DNA of 64,000 nt from Malacoraja senta (taxonomy: Eukaryota), in the NCBI GenBank assembly GCA_038087875.1, contig CM075998.1:3908001-3972000 (forward strand). The letters are read 5' to 3'. Shown one piece after another: positions 1 to 12,213 of the stretch. A model generated the notes under the pieces. It ran no database searches. It worked only from the letters and a program-made list of their open reading frames with translations, and was not told the DNA's origin. Within the stretch, counting starts at the first letter, position 1; each line of letters opens with the position of its first letter. The translations under genes were made by a program, and so were the position numbers.

Positions 1-162
1 CGAAACGTCACCCATTCCTTCTCTCCAGAGATGTTGCCTGTCCCGTTGGGTTTTTATGTCTACCTCTGATTTAAACCAGCATCTGCAGTTCTTTCCTACG
101 AATGACAAGATGTCATTCACGTTTGCGCATCTGATTTTTGATAAACAGTTCTGAATCCTTGT

Positions 163-363
163 GTAGGAAGGAATTGCAGATGCTGGTTTACACTGAAGAT
201 CGACACAAAATGATGAACTCAGTGGGAAAGGCAGCATCTCTGGAGAACTCTGGTGACGTTTCATAGGGACTGAAGAAGGGTCCAAACCCAAAACGTCACC
301 CATTCCTTCTCTCCAGAGATGCTGCCTGTCCTGCTGATTTACTCCAGCATTGTGTGTCTATCT
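163..363. mobile_element. Palindromic Penelope-derived short element (representative of dozens of copies)
   Basis: Inverted arms around ctgaagaagggt...aaacgtcacc; flanked by the 16-bp direct repeat agttctgaatccttgt (147-162, 364-379). Confidence 0.75.
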
Positions 364-1571
364 AGTTCTGAATCCTTGTTGTACAAATATAAATGGAGAC
401 TCAACTATCTCTGGATGCATAAGATGACAGGCCGTTTGTGGCAGACAGTTGTTGCACAAGAGGATTAGATGAGGTGAAGGTGTTGGCTACTTGTTTACTT
501 TTTTTGCATGGGGTCGATGTAGGCAAGAATAATTTTTTTTGAACTTGAATATTATGTGGTCAAGGAATAATTTTATAAAGCTAAATGGTTGAATGCATAA
601 TTCCTTGCCTGTGATGTGGGTCAGGCTGCAAAAACAACCTATTAATCGTAGTTGAGCAAAGAAGCACGTATGTAGATTAGTTTGGCAAAATGTTGGGAAC
701 ATTACTGTTTTTGTTAATTTGGTATATATATTTTGATTTTGTTTTAATGGGCAGTATAGATGTAACCGCCTTGAAGTTGATCAAAATATTGAACCCTGGT
801 CCAAGTGTTCCATACTAATTGGCACTAATTCTAAATTTACAACGGAGCTTTATTATTGGAAATAATTAAAATTTGATTTATTCAACTGCACAAGTTGGTT
901 TATTTTGAAATTACAATGCCCATCCCATTTTATTAGCTTGTCTCCCAGTTGCATCAAAATCCATTTGCTACCCTAGATCAATCTTAATTTTACTATTCTA
1001 AGTAGCGCATTGTACTGAAGTCTTCATACTTCTCCTAGGCTCTGGCCTCTTATTCATGGAAACATGTACGAGAGAATTCTTCTGAATTTAACGGAGTTCT
1101 GTGGGTCTTCACATGCTGGTAAACTTTATTTGTGTTGAGGAAAAGGAAGGAGAGATGTTCAGAAGGCTCGGGCAGTTCTTCTAGTGCAAACCTCGGCTTA
1201 GCTAACTCTGGAACTCTGCTGTTGAAGGTGTATTGGTGCAGCCCATATTATTTAGTGTGAACTAAATGCAAGTTGTCGCATAAGGAAGAATCTAAAAGTA
1301 AATGTGCATGTGGAAGAGTGTGGGGGATATTGTTGAAAATTCCACACTTTTCAGTTAAGCTCTTCTGCAATGGGGGATCCTGAATAGAATAACCTTGGAA
1401 ATAAAGTTAAATCACATAAATACGACCTCTTATAGAAGTATTTAGGTGGATGCAGAAGGCGCTGTTACAAATGTCCAGAGAAACAAAATTAATTAAATTA
1501 TTTTAAAAGAGCACAGATATTAATTTGCTAAATAACTAACTTTAAAGAATACAGGAAAAATATCAACTGTT

Positions 1572-1674
1572 TTTATTTTTTTATTTTTTATTTTTTTTAT
1601 TTTTTATTTATTAGAAGTACATTACATTACAACCACATACATTAGTACTCGTCACATATCTTCTTACAATTAAT
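1572..1674 (-). mobile_element. Very short 5'-truncated L1-clade LINE 3' end with poly(A)
   Basis: T-rich tract on +, terminus tttattagaagt shared with the 27.2-kb element; 16-bp TSD aaaaatatcaactgtt (1556-1571, 1675-1690). Confidence 0.75.
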
Positions 1675-2499
1675 AAAAATATCAACTGTTATGGCTGATT
1701 AAAACTAGCTTAAGGAGATTGATGGTTCCACTGTTCCCAACTCTGTTTTATATTTTACTATCGTGCAGTCTCGGGCTGCTAACATTCTATACTTGTACAG
1801 TTAAGTGTAAAGGAGGTCTCTTTGGGATCATGGTGATATCAAGATGGAGCCAGAAAGAACTCTGAAAATCCTTGCTGTAGTTGGTTGGAGAAGTATTGGG
1901 AAGCAGGGAATTGCTCTGTTTGTCTACTGTGTGGGGTTTTCACATTACAAGTCTAGTAGTATCTCTGCTTGCACTTTAGAAACATAGAAAATTGGTGCAG
2001 GAGTAGGCATTGGGCCCTTCGAGCCAGCACCATCATTCAGTATGATCATGGCTGATCATCCACAATCAGTACCCCATTCCTGCTTTCTCCCCATATCCCT
2101 TGGTTCCGTTAGTCCTAAGAGATAGATCTAACTCTCTCTTGAAAACATCTAGTGAATTGGCCTCCACTGCCTTTTGTGGCAGAGAATTCCACAGATTCAC
2201 AACTTTGCAATCCTTGCACCTGTGCTTTTTCCAAGCTAGGCTTTGGTTTTTTGGACATTTAAAAAAAAGGATGTAGCCCTTTGTAGAAAAATTGTATTGG
2301 CAGTCTCTCAGTGGTTTTGTTTAGAAACTTGAAATATATTCAGGTTTCATCCTCATCTGTCCAAAGAGAGGATTCTGATCTGCTTATTGACACTATTGTG
2401 CAATGCCAGTAGGTAGTTCACTGAATAGAAAAGTAGAGTATGATTAGTATTTTGGGAATTTTACTGTAATCCTATACTTCCATTTCTCTCTTTATTTTG

Positions 2500-2787
2500 G
2501 TTGTGAGATACAGCGCAGAAACAGGCCTGTAATTCGGCCCACCGAGTCCGCGCTGACCAGCAATCCCCGCACACTAGCACTATCTTACACACACTAGGGA
2601 CAATTTATAATTTTACCCAGCCAATTAACTTATAAACCTGTACGTCTCTGGAGTGTGGGAGAAAGCCCACGCAGATCATGGGGAGAACGTACAAAGTGTG
2701 TACAGACAGCACCTGTAGTCAGGATTGAACCCGGGTCTCTGGCGCTGTAAGGCAGCAACTCAACTGCTGCGCCACCGTGCCACCCCA
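2500..2787 (-). mobile_element. tRNA-derived V-SINE (HE1-like)
   Basis: tRNA-like head (ggcacggtggcgcag...gggttcaatcc), V-domain-like core and CR1-like tail. Further copies near 5915, 11105, 16000, 28308, 29790, 33538, 37290, 40230, 48980, 51600, 54185, 56250, 57880, 58820, 61985 and 62700. Confidence 0.85.
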
Positions 2788-3644
2788 ATTATGGTGGAGG
2801 AATCCAAACTCGTGCTTCAACTTTTCTTCCTGCAATTAATGAACTTTTCATCTTGCTATCGCCTTTAATCTTTAAAAAGCCGGTGGTTGTCGAGTTGTGC
2901 TTCGCTGTAGGAATTGATCTTGCATTCTATCTCAATGGTCCAGTGCAATCCTGCGGTTGTGCCATTTCCTGTTGAGCTGTTGCACCATTCCAGTTGTCCG
3001 CCGGTTCAAGTGAAAGTTTCTGTTATTATTCAAATACAAATCCTGGTTATTCATTTTGATTTGTAAATGCTTTGAGTTTTGTATTAAATTGCTGTAGCAT
3101 TTGTGTATAGAACAGAAGCGCATTGAGATGCAATACATTTATAAATATAGGTCTAAGTAAAAGATCTTGACTTTTGCATTAAACGATGCATGCCATATTT
3201 TGTTTAAGAAAGAACTGCAGATGCTGGAAAAATCGAAGGTAGACAAAAATGCTGGAGGAACTCAGCAGGTGAGGCAACATCTATGGAGATGCTGAAGAAG
3301 AAGGGTCTTGACCCGAAAAGTCGCCTATTCCTTCTCTGCATAGATGCTGCCTCACCCGCTGAGTTCCTCCAGCATTTTTGTCTACATGCCATATTTTGGT
3401 TCACTTGAGGTTTCTTTACGCTCTTCTATAGTTATCAGGTTTCCTTTGCGGTAGCAATCTTATTCCTCAATCTGTTGAGATAAGATTGAAGTCCCATTCT
3501 AAAATTTAGGTGCACATGATATAAACTGACATTTCAGTACAGCCCTGTTTTTCACCTTGGAGATTAAACTGTAGTCCCTATTTCACTGTGGGACTGGATG
3601 TAAAATATTCTAGAACTGCCTGGAGAGGAGCAACTCATATTCAG

Positions 3645-4140
3645 ATTCAAACTTTATTGTCATTGTGCAGTGTACAAATACAGAGACAACGAGATGCAGT
3701 TAACATCTCACCCAGAAGAGCGAACATAGAATAACGGAACAGTAAAATATATATATGTACATACAGTATCAGTAGTGCAATTTTTACTGGGGGAAGGAGT
3801 GTCCGGGGGGGGGGGGGGGTGACTGGCAATCACCAAGGTGCAGAGTTAAGTAGTGTAACAGCTGCAGGGAAGAAGCTGTTCCTGAACCTGCTGGTCCAGC
3901 AACGGAGGGACCTGTAGCGCCTCCCGGATGGGAGGAGGGTAAACAGTCTGTGGCTGGGGTGAGAGCAGTCCCTGACGATGCTGCGCGCCCTTCGCAGACA
4001 TCGCTTGCTCTGGACAGACTCAATGGAGGGGAGTGAGGAACCGGTGATGCGTTGGGCAGTTTTCACCACCCTCTGCAGTGCTTTCCGGTCGGAGACAGAG
4101 CAGTTGCCATACCATACTGCGATACAGTTAGTAAGGAACA
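3645..4140 (-). mobile_element. Rex1/Babar-like LINE 3' fragment
   Basis: ORF 3830-4069 VKTAQRITG..LPSIE..RCLRRARSIVRDCSHPSHRLFTLLPSGRRYRS..TSRFRNSFFP, a typical Rex1-type RT C-terminus; gacaataaa tail. Confidence 0.85.
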
Positions 4141-4149
4141 GTTAGTTAG

Positions 4150-4352
4150 TAACTGCTCTCCTGTCCTGGCTAACACATTGTTCAACCAACACCATCAATC
4201 TAGTCTGGACATTTCTTGCATTTTCTGCTTGTGTGGAATCTTGCTACGCGCAAATTAGCTGCTGCATTTGCCTATCTGACCACTTAAGCAATTCATTGGC
4301 TGTGAAAGGCATTCATATGTTCAAAGGACATGCAAGGTTTCATATAAATGTT
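4150..4352 (+). mobile_element. Old Deu-domain SINE relic (SacSINE1/AmnSINE1-like), 5' part probably at ~3430-3640
   Basis: gtggaatcttgctacgcgcaaattagctgctgcattt...tggctgtgaa...atataaatg motif; similar relics at ~7850-8110 and ~8390-8640. Confidence 0.55.
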
Positions 4353-4654
4353 ATTCACCCATTTATCTACTAACGTTAATTTCTGGTCTCGGGAACAATT
4401 GAAATTAAATTTGGCATGAATGTTATCATCTTGGGTTCTTTCTGAAACCTCACTTTTGAAGTCATCATGCCTCTACACAATTACAGTTCAATAAATCTAT
4501 TGGATTTTCACTAGATTTGGTAAGTGATTGTCTCGTTAGATTTTACCAAAGTGTACACAATGCAATCTGTACGAGCATGTGAACATGCGCCGAAAGAGAG
4601 AATACATTTTCTCTAGCTTTTTCCAGAACTTCACAAGTAACTTTTTCTCATCAG

Positions 4655-4720
4655 ACGTTAGGATCCTTTCGAAAGTGGGCTTGTCGAGAACTGTCAGTGT
4701 CCCCCGTCACTGAAAATCAG
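4655..4720 (+). CDS. Candidate 66-nt alternative TFCP2 cassette exon (TLGSFRKWACRELSVSPVTENQ)
   Basis: ctttttctcatcag acceptor and CAG|gtaggc donor; length is a multiple of 3 and only the phase-0 frame is stop-free. No recognised homology. Confidence 0.4.
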
Positions 4721-5197
4721 GTAGGCTTTTCATTGTCGGATGATGCCATTATTGCCTTGTCATGGAATACTTTTTCTGTTTAAAAACAAAACTAAATACT
4801 GCTGTGCCTGTAATAAATCCTCATGACTTCCCATAGTCATGAGCAAATTAACATGGAATTGAACAAGTAATGATAATTGTCATTTGGTTTGGGGGCATTG
4901 TGATGCAATGTTATTTATAAAATATATATGTAGCTGAGCATTCATGTTTTTTGCTTAAATGAATGACAATCGTTTAAGGTGAAATAATTCAGATTATGAT
5001 TATACTCGCTATTTAAAAAAAAAACACTTCCTTGGTCTGGCAAGTGACTCCTCCTAGGGACAAAAGTTGATATCTGTTAATGCATGGAATTGAGGAACGG
5101 CAGTGGTTGGATCTACACAAACTCTTCGGGTAATACATCTTTATATAATGTCAGGGAGATATGTCAAAGAATTGACTTATGACTTTTGTTTTTGCAG

Positions 5198-5292
5198 AAA
5201 TCTGTTGGCAACAGCCACACCACAGGATGCTCAGCAGTGGTTGCACAGAAATCGATTTTCTCCATACTGCAGACTCTTCGCAAACTTCTCTG
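5198..5292 (+). CDS. TFCP2: TFCP2 coding exon (start of SAM-like domain): NLLATATPQDAQQWLHRNRFSPYCRLFANFS
   Basis: tttgcag acceptor and G|gtacc donor; matches vertebrate TFCP2 NLLPTTTPQEAQQWLHRNRFS. The exon is 95 nt, one A more than a phase-0 start requires (cag|AAATCTG). Confidence 0.93.
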
Positions 5293-6856
5293 GTACCCTT
5301 TGCTTATTAACTATTTTGGATGAAAATGTGTCAAAATGACCTGGATGCTGGAATGATTGGAACTCATTCTTTCCATCTCTAGGGCCAAGATTTAGATTCC
5401 AAAGGACCAGATGTCCACCACTGTAGCACTTCAGTGAACTACATTAGCAACTTCTGACACATTCCCCAGAGCATCAAACTGCAGATTTGTAATATGACAT
5501 AGAAACTAGGTGCAGGAGGAGGCCATTCGGCCCTTCAAGCCAGCACATGACATTTAATTGACCAATTAAGTGAGATTTCAATAGTGTGGGAAAATATAGT
5601 TTTGCACTTTAATAGCGGTCCTTTCCTAAGATGACGACATAATTTCCATTGTGAGGAAACACAATGTTTTATCAGCTCATCTAGGTGTATTTTTTCCCCT
5701 CTAAGGGACACAGCCAAAATGAAGGGCCCTGATGAACATAGTTCCAATTTACTTCAACAGGAAGGAGGGGAATAAACGAACGCACTTGAAGTTATTAACT
5801 AATATCAAACATTTTAAAACTTGTAGGATTTGGTAGGCAGGAAACGTAATTGGAGGGAGGGAAGGAATTTGTTTTCATATTCCATGGGGAAGTTGAAGTA
5901 AAGTTAATAAGCATAGTGGTAGAGCTGCTCCTCTCGGCACCAAAGACCCAGATTCAATCCTGACCTCCAGTGGTATCTATGTGGCGTTTGAACATTCTCC
6001 CTGTGGCTGCGTGAGTTTCCTCCATGTGCTCCGATTACCTCCCACGTCTGAAACACATGCAGGTTTGTAGAGAGTGAGATAACACAGAACTAGTGTGAAT
6101 GGGTGATCAATGGTCGGCGTCGGCTGAAGGGCCCATTTCCATGCTGTCTCTTTCTATCTCTGCTAAGATAGTAATCCAGAAAGGAGGCAGTGGAAGGAGC
6201 ACAATATCTTGGAGCAGAGAGGGAGTAAGAGGAATGTTCAGAACAACACTGACCATCGTATCATTAGAACAAGAAACCAGCTGTCGTAGAGTCGTACAAT
6301 ACATAAAAAAGCCCTTTGGCCCACCAAGTCCACGACCATCTATCTTCTATTGACACTAAGTGCTGAGATGGGGGAACGGCAATGGATTGCTGAATGTGTT
6401 AAAGCAACATTGCATCATAGCATAACTCGGGAATGCATAACTCTGCAGGGGGTGGAAAACTTAATTTGAACTGTGATATTTGTTTCCGTTGCATTGTAGC
6501 AAAAACAATAACTCAAACATTAAAGAATTTGAAATATAATTGGTGAACTGTTGCTTTATCTCATGGACTGGAGACTGAAAAAACCCAAAAGATTAGAAGA
6601 GAATCTGGAATACTGTGTACAGTTTTCTTTTTATTATAAAAGAAAACTCTACTAATTTCAATTGTTCCCGAGACCAGAAATTAACGTTAGTAGACAGAAG
6701 TGCAAAAATAATTTCTAGAATACTGAAACTAGGTCAGGCAACATTTGTGTAGAGAAAAAACATAGTTAATTTATCAGGTCAATGGTAAGACATAGATCAT
6801 TGTAGTTTATGTACGAAATTGACTTGTGGCCATCTGAGAACAAAACGTGTTCATTA

Positions 6857-7166
6857 ATGCCCTGTCCCACTGTACGAGTTCAATCAAGAGCTCTCCCGAG
6901 TTAAAAAACCCCAACAACTCGTGGTAAGCACGTAGAATGAACGTAGCGGGTACGTCAGAGCTCGGGGACGTCTCTTAGCGGCTCGTAACGCTAACGGCAG
7001 GTACTCGGGGAAACGCGGTAAGCTCGGGAAGATTTTTCAACATGTTGAAAAATGTCCACAAGAGCCCCGAGTACTTGCGAGCGGCCATTACCGTAATTCT
7101 CCGAGTTCGAATCAGGGCAAAACTCGGGAGAACTCTTGAATGAACTCGTACAGTGGGACAGGGCTA
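6857..7166. mobile_element. PIF/Harbinger-type MITE
   Basis: ~44-bp TIRs (gccctgtcccactgtacgagttcaatcaagagctctcccgagtt and its near reverse complement) with TTA on both flanks (6854-6856, 7167-7169). Confidence 0.85.
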
Positions 7167-9669
7167 TTACTTGTGGATAGGCTGTACTCTAAGGGTGTTG
7201 CATCTGGAGATGCTCTTTCAGAGAGTTATTGCAATGAGGTTCCTCTGCCTATACAGATGGTCGGGCAGAGTTGCTATTGTAGCTGTTGAAGAGCAGGAAA
7301 TTGTTAGCTGTCTGGCCACGATTCCTTCACCAACCAACAGTATATAAATGATTTTATTTTGTGACGCCCTACTGTGCGCAAATTTGCTTGTGTATTTGCT
7401 TGTAAATAGATGCAATCTCTTTGAATCTGTGATTTCGGCATAATATAAATTATATTTCTTTCCCTCTTGGTCAGAAAACATGAATTCTGTTTGGTCTGGT
7501 GCTTCTAAAGATCAAAGGGAGCAAGAGGTGTAGACTCTTATCCTTTTGCGATGAATCTCCATGTATAATGTCTGATCTTATTTTTACAAATGTGCTTGAG
7601 CATTTTGGGTCAGTTTGACTATCATTGTCACTCTTGCCTTAAAAGCACATTTTGGATTCCAGGCCCACGTACAATCACACCAGATACCTCTATACGGTAT
7701 TAAAGGATGTCATGGCCATACAAGTCGGGTTTCATGGCTGTGCGTGCATGTAGCTATTGAGCGTGGTGGGGGTGGTATTGTGTTGCTATGTTGCAACTTG
7801 AAGTGATTTGCAATCAATGAGATGTTGAATAAGGCTCTGTCTCCAGTTTGGATGAGAAACCTTGTGTCACTTCTCAACACAAGGATGTTCTGTGTCCTGA
7901 TAATTGCTACAGCACTGCTGGTGGACTGGCGGGGGGGGGGGGGGGGGGGGGATTATTATCTGATTTGATTTTGGGAAAACTTGGCTATGCGCAAATTGTA
8001 TGTCAGATTTGTTTATATGCTTTCCATTGCACTTTGAGTATTCCATTATTTTGAAACTACTTTTAAACCATACTGTAGATGTGTTAAGGCGCTATAATTA
8101 ATGCAAGTTCATTTACTCTGTGCTCGGGGTAAAACAATGTCTGTTTCCAGTGTTTGTGACATACAACTCCACTGAACTGATGACTTGTAGTATGATTGAG
8201 TCCATCACTTGAAAGTAATCCTTTATGTAATGCACTGTTTTAAAATGAGTGCTATTGAGCCAAATTGAGTAATTTGGAACAGCTTGAGCTCATTTGTAGC
8301 GTTGTCCAAGTCAAATTTGAAACGAAGACACGCTCTCTGGTACAAACAAATTGTCTTCATTCAGTTTTCAGTGAGTGTTGCTCTTTTTGAAATGCCATCT
8401 TTGGATGAGAAGTCTGTCGGTTTAAGTAGATGTAAAATATATCGATGCTGAACAGGCGACTCTTGCTGCGACCATCATTCTTGCCTCAACCAGCATGGCC
8501 AAAAACTTGTTTGTTGCCCTTTTAATTCACTTGCTGCGCGCAAATTTGTTGCTGTTTTTGACTTTGTAGCACCATAACTTAATTGGTTTTGCAGTGTTTT
8601 CCATTGTCCTGAGGATGTGATGAGATATAATAAACTTTTTTGGCTGCCTGAACATATTAAATGACTTGAAGGGATTGGATTTTCAGCTTTCTCTCTGTTC
8701 CCCTATGCTCAATTAAATGCGCAGGTTGAGCAGCTCGAGTTCTTGAACATTTTGCTCATCCTCCTTATACTTAAAGCTGCTGCTTTCTTTGGGATTTTGT
8801 TGAACTGGAAAGGAAGATTTGTGTAAACTTATTCTTTGTGTCAATGTCCTTGGACACAAAGTCAAATTGAATCTACATTCTATCTCTGTGAAACAGCTTC
8901 TGAGTTTCAAATTGTAACAGTGCAGTCAGTTAAAATACTGGATAATGTACCTTGTCACTTTTATTTCCTCAATGTTGCGTTTGGTCCCAAGAAGAATGTT
9001 ACCTATTTCGTATGTTTCCTTAAATGTTTTATAAATTATTTTATTTTATCCGCCAGAAAGCTGTATGGATGTTGGGTGAGACAGTAGAGGGAGTTATTTG
9101 AATTGATCATTTGATGTAATATTAAGAACAGATTCATAATTGATAAATATGCTGTCTTTTTCAATTCATCTCTTTACATGTTTGAAAAGGAAATTTAAAA
9201 AATGTGTTCCAGTATAGTCATCAAAACTGGTAGTAAAAAATCTTAGACCCCTGTGGATTTTTGAGTAAAGTTCTTGTAATTAGATGCAAATGTTTTTCAT
9301 TAATCTAGTAAAACCGAAGTTTACAAAAAGCTTTTAAAAAAAAAAGTGAATTGGAGGAAAGATCCCGTAGGTATGGAGTGTGTATACAGTGTGGAAATGG
9401 GACCCTTCGGGGCCCTACTTGCCCACACCGACCAACGTGTCCCGTCTACACTAGTCCCACCTGCCTGCATTTGGCCCATATCCCTATAAACCTGTCCTAT
9501 CCATGTATCTGTCTAATTGCTTCTTAAACCTTGAATGACAGAAATCTCTTTGACCAGAAGTTGATCATTCCACTCCTTCAGAACTGTGAGCCGACCGGGT
9601 TTGCATAGGGAATATGTGCAAATTTTGGCTCTGCTGCCTGTTTTGAGGTTCTATTGCTTGTATCCACAG

Positions 9670-9760
9670 GTGGAGATCTGTTAAAGCTGACTAGGGATGA
9701 TGTAATCCAGATCTGTGGTCCTGCAGATGGAATCCGGCTCTTTAATGCTCTGAAAGGAAG
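9670..9760 (+). CDS. TFCP2: TFCP2 coding exon: [29 protein letters not shown]
   Basis: ccacag acceptor, AG|gtgggt donor, 91 nt; LTRDDVIQ and NALKG residues favour TFCP2 over TFCP2L1 or UBP1. Confidence 0.96.
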
Positions 9761-10744
9761 GTGGGTTCATTCATTGTGCTTGCAGTTCAATTTTAAATTT
9801 TGGAAATTTAAATGTTAGTAGAATGTCTGTTCCCAAACAGCTCCAACTAACAATCTACAGGAGAGAACGAAGCAAGGTATATATCTACGTCTAAGAAATC
9901 TGTGCTGTTTATCTGTACCTGTAGATGGCCTAAACTACATTTCCTTTTTTCTTTTTGAAGAGCCGACAAAGTCTCTATATCGTAAAACTAGGTTGGGGTA
10001 AATCATGATTTAGTTTAGTTTTTGCAGTGGAGCAGACAAAATGTCCAAGAAGGAACTTTTGACAGCAAAGGTTCAGCATGAATGCTGGTTTACATTTAAA
10101 GGACCAATTTGAGAAGAGGAACTGACAAGAACTTGCATTTATATGACACCATGCCATGTAACTCTAAATGTTTTGAATCTTTTTGTGTTCATTGAACTGC
10201 AACTACTGTTCTGCAGAGTAATTCTGCTGCAGACCAGTTTGTCTACAGCAGAATTCCACCGAATCAGTAAATAGTGGCAGGTAATGTGTTTCGGTGGTGA
10301 TGGATTAAGGAAAACTAATAACAACAACAACACAAGTTTTGCTTTATTTTAATGCAGTTCTTTTAAATGATCCATAATCACAAAAGGATTGAGATAGCAG
10401 GAAAGGTTGGCGGTTAACCTGCTTTAGACTAAATCAAGGAAACAAAACAAAACTTCCAGTGACATACACCGCCTTGTAGGTCATTTCCAGCTGCTTCATA
10501 ACTAATGAATTACTTTTGAAATACAACCCCTTTAACCTTGCACCAAATTGCAAGCACCATGGTCTCACAAGTGAGCAGTGAGATAGATGACCAATTTGGA
10601 GATGACCTCTACCTGCCAATCTTTCTGGGATTAATCATGAAATGTGAAGGTTTTTTTTGCTATGACTATGGCTTTAAGGGCTGTGCAGCCAAGATGGGTT
10701 GATGGAGTTGGAATATAGTTTTTATTTCTCTCTTCAACATTTAG

Positions 10745-10855
10745 GATGGTTAGACCAAGGCTGACCATTTACGTTTGTCAGGAAGCCACAACAGGCCCGA
10801 GAGCAACAACACCAGAAGCATGAAAATGGTGATTCTGCGAACAGTTCTTTCTATG
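10745..10855 (+). CDS. TFCP2: TFCP2 coding exon: MVRPRLTIYVCQE / PQQAREQQHQKHENGDSANSSFY (apparent +1 frameshift near 10783-10785)
   Basis: tttag acceptor, G|gtgagt donor. Both halves resemble TFCP2 but are in different frames; 111 nt where the splice phases require 3n+2. Confidence 0.92.
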
Positions 10856-11104
10856 GTGAGTACATCAAAGCCTCCCTGTGCACCCAAAATCTAGGTCAAT
10901 TCTGCTCTTAAATATAAGCTTATTCTGAAACTTATTAATTAATGAGAAAAACAATCATCCGTCGAGTCTTTTTTTCCCTTTCAATCCCAAACGAACAAAG
11001 CTGCACGATGGTTGTATGTATTGGAAAAGGTAGATTAAAGACTGCATAGTTGTCAAATTCTGGTTCTGTTAAAATCTCACTGCATGTCCTTACGTAAATG
11101 ACAG

Positions 11105-11398
11105 TTTAGTTTAGAGATACTGTGCGGAAACAGGCCCTTTGGCCCACCGATTCCGCGCTGACCAGTGATCACCCGTACGCTAGCACTATCCTACATACTA
11201 GGGGTCATTTACAGAAGCCAATTAACCTACAAACCTGTATGTCTTTGGAGTTTGAGGAAACCGGAGCTCCCAGAGAAAACCCAGGTGGTCACGGAGAACG
11301 TACAAACACTGTACAGACAGCGCTCGTAGTCAGGATCGAACTCTGGTCTCTGGCGCTGTGAGGCAGCAAACTCTACCGCTGCGCCACCGTGCCACCCC
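11105..11398 (-). mobile_element. V-SINE (HE1-like), full length
   Basis: Same head, core and tail organisation as 2500-2787. Confidence 0.85.
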
Positions 11399-12070
11399 TT
11401 TTAAGAGTTTAAATAAAACTCTTAACATTTCACATTAATCCCAGAGGATTGGCAGGTCGTGGGGTGGAAAAGAGCAGCTCCAAATTGGTCACTTCTCCCA
11501 CTGCTCAACAACGCAACAGGTTGGGATAAAGAAGAATTGTCTGCTGCTTTTTTTCCTCACTCCCTCGGAACAGGCCTGTTTCAAACCTCTGGTCACCCAG
11601 CATACTGCTCTTGACTTGGAACTCTGGCTTGAACTGGAGCATTCCACTTTGTGCTGGTTGTCGTGGTGTTTGACTAACCTGTTTGAATTTGGCGTTTCAC
11701 TGACTTGCCACACCTGTTCTCGAGCTGCTCCCTGTTGTATTCAGGGTTTGTCCAACATCAGCAAGCAGAGTTGAGTTGTTTCAGACCACTGGTGTGGGTA
11801 AATGCAATAACACAAATGCTAATTTGTTCAGTGTAGAGATACACCATGGAAACAGACCCTTCGGCCAACCGAGACCGCACCATTGAATGGTGGTGCTGGC
11901 TCAAAGGGCCGAATGGCATACTGTACCTATTTTTCTAAGTTTCTATCATATTCTTCCTATATGTTGAATGTAAATGGAAAGCGATGAAAGTTAAAGCTCA
12001 TTATAAGCTAAACTAATATAGAAAATGTATTTTTATTGCTGCAACATTTGATTGGCATTCCTCTTTTCAG

Positions 12071-12213
12071 TGTACCATGCAATTTATTTGGAAGAGTTAA
12101 CAGCAATTGAAATGACAGAGAAGATTGCTCAACTTTTCAATATTTCTCCCCGTCAAATCCACCAGATCTATAAACAGGGCCCCACGGGTATTCACGTGCT
12201 TGTGAGCGATGAG
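12071..12213 (+). CDS. TFCP2: TFCP2 coding exon: [47 protein letters not shown]
   Basis: ttttcag acceptor, GAG|gtaaat donor, 143 nt; CP2-family C-terminal domain. Confidence 0.97.

Noticed and set aside
4366..6694. 42-bp inverted repeat as the TIRs of a DNA transposon
   Set aside because: No TSD is visible and the interval contains a native TFCP2 exon.
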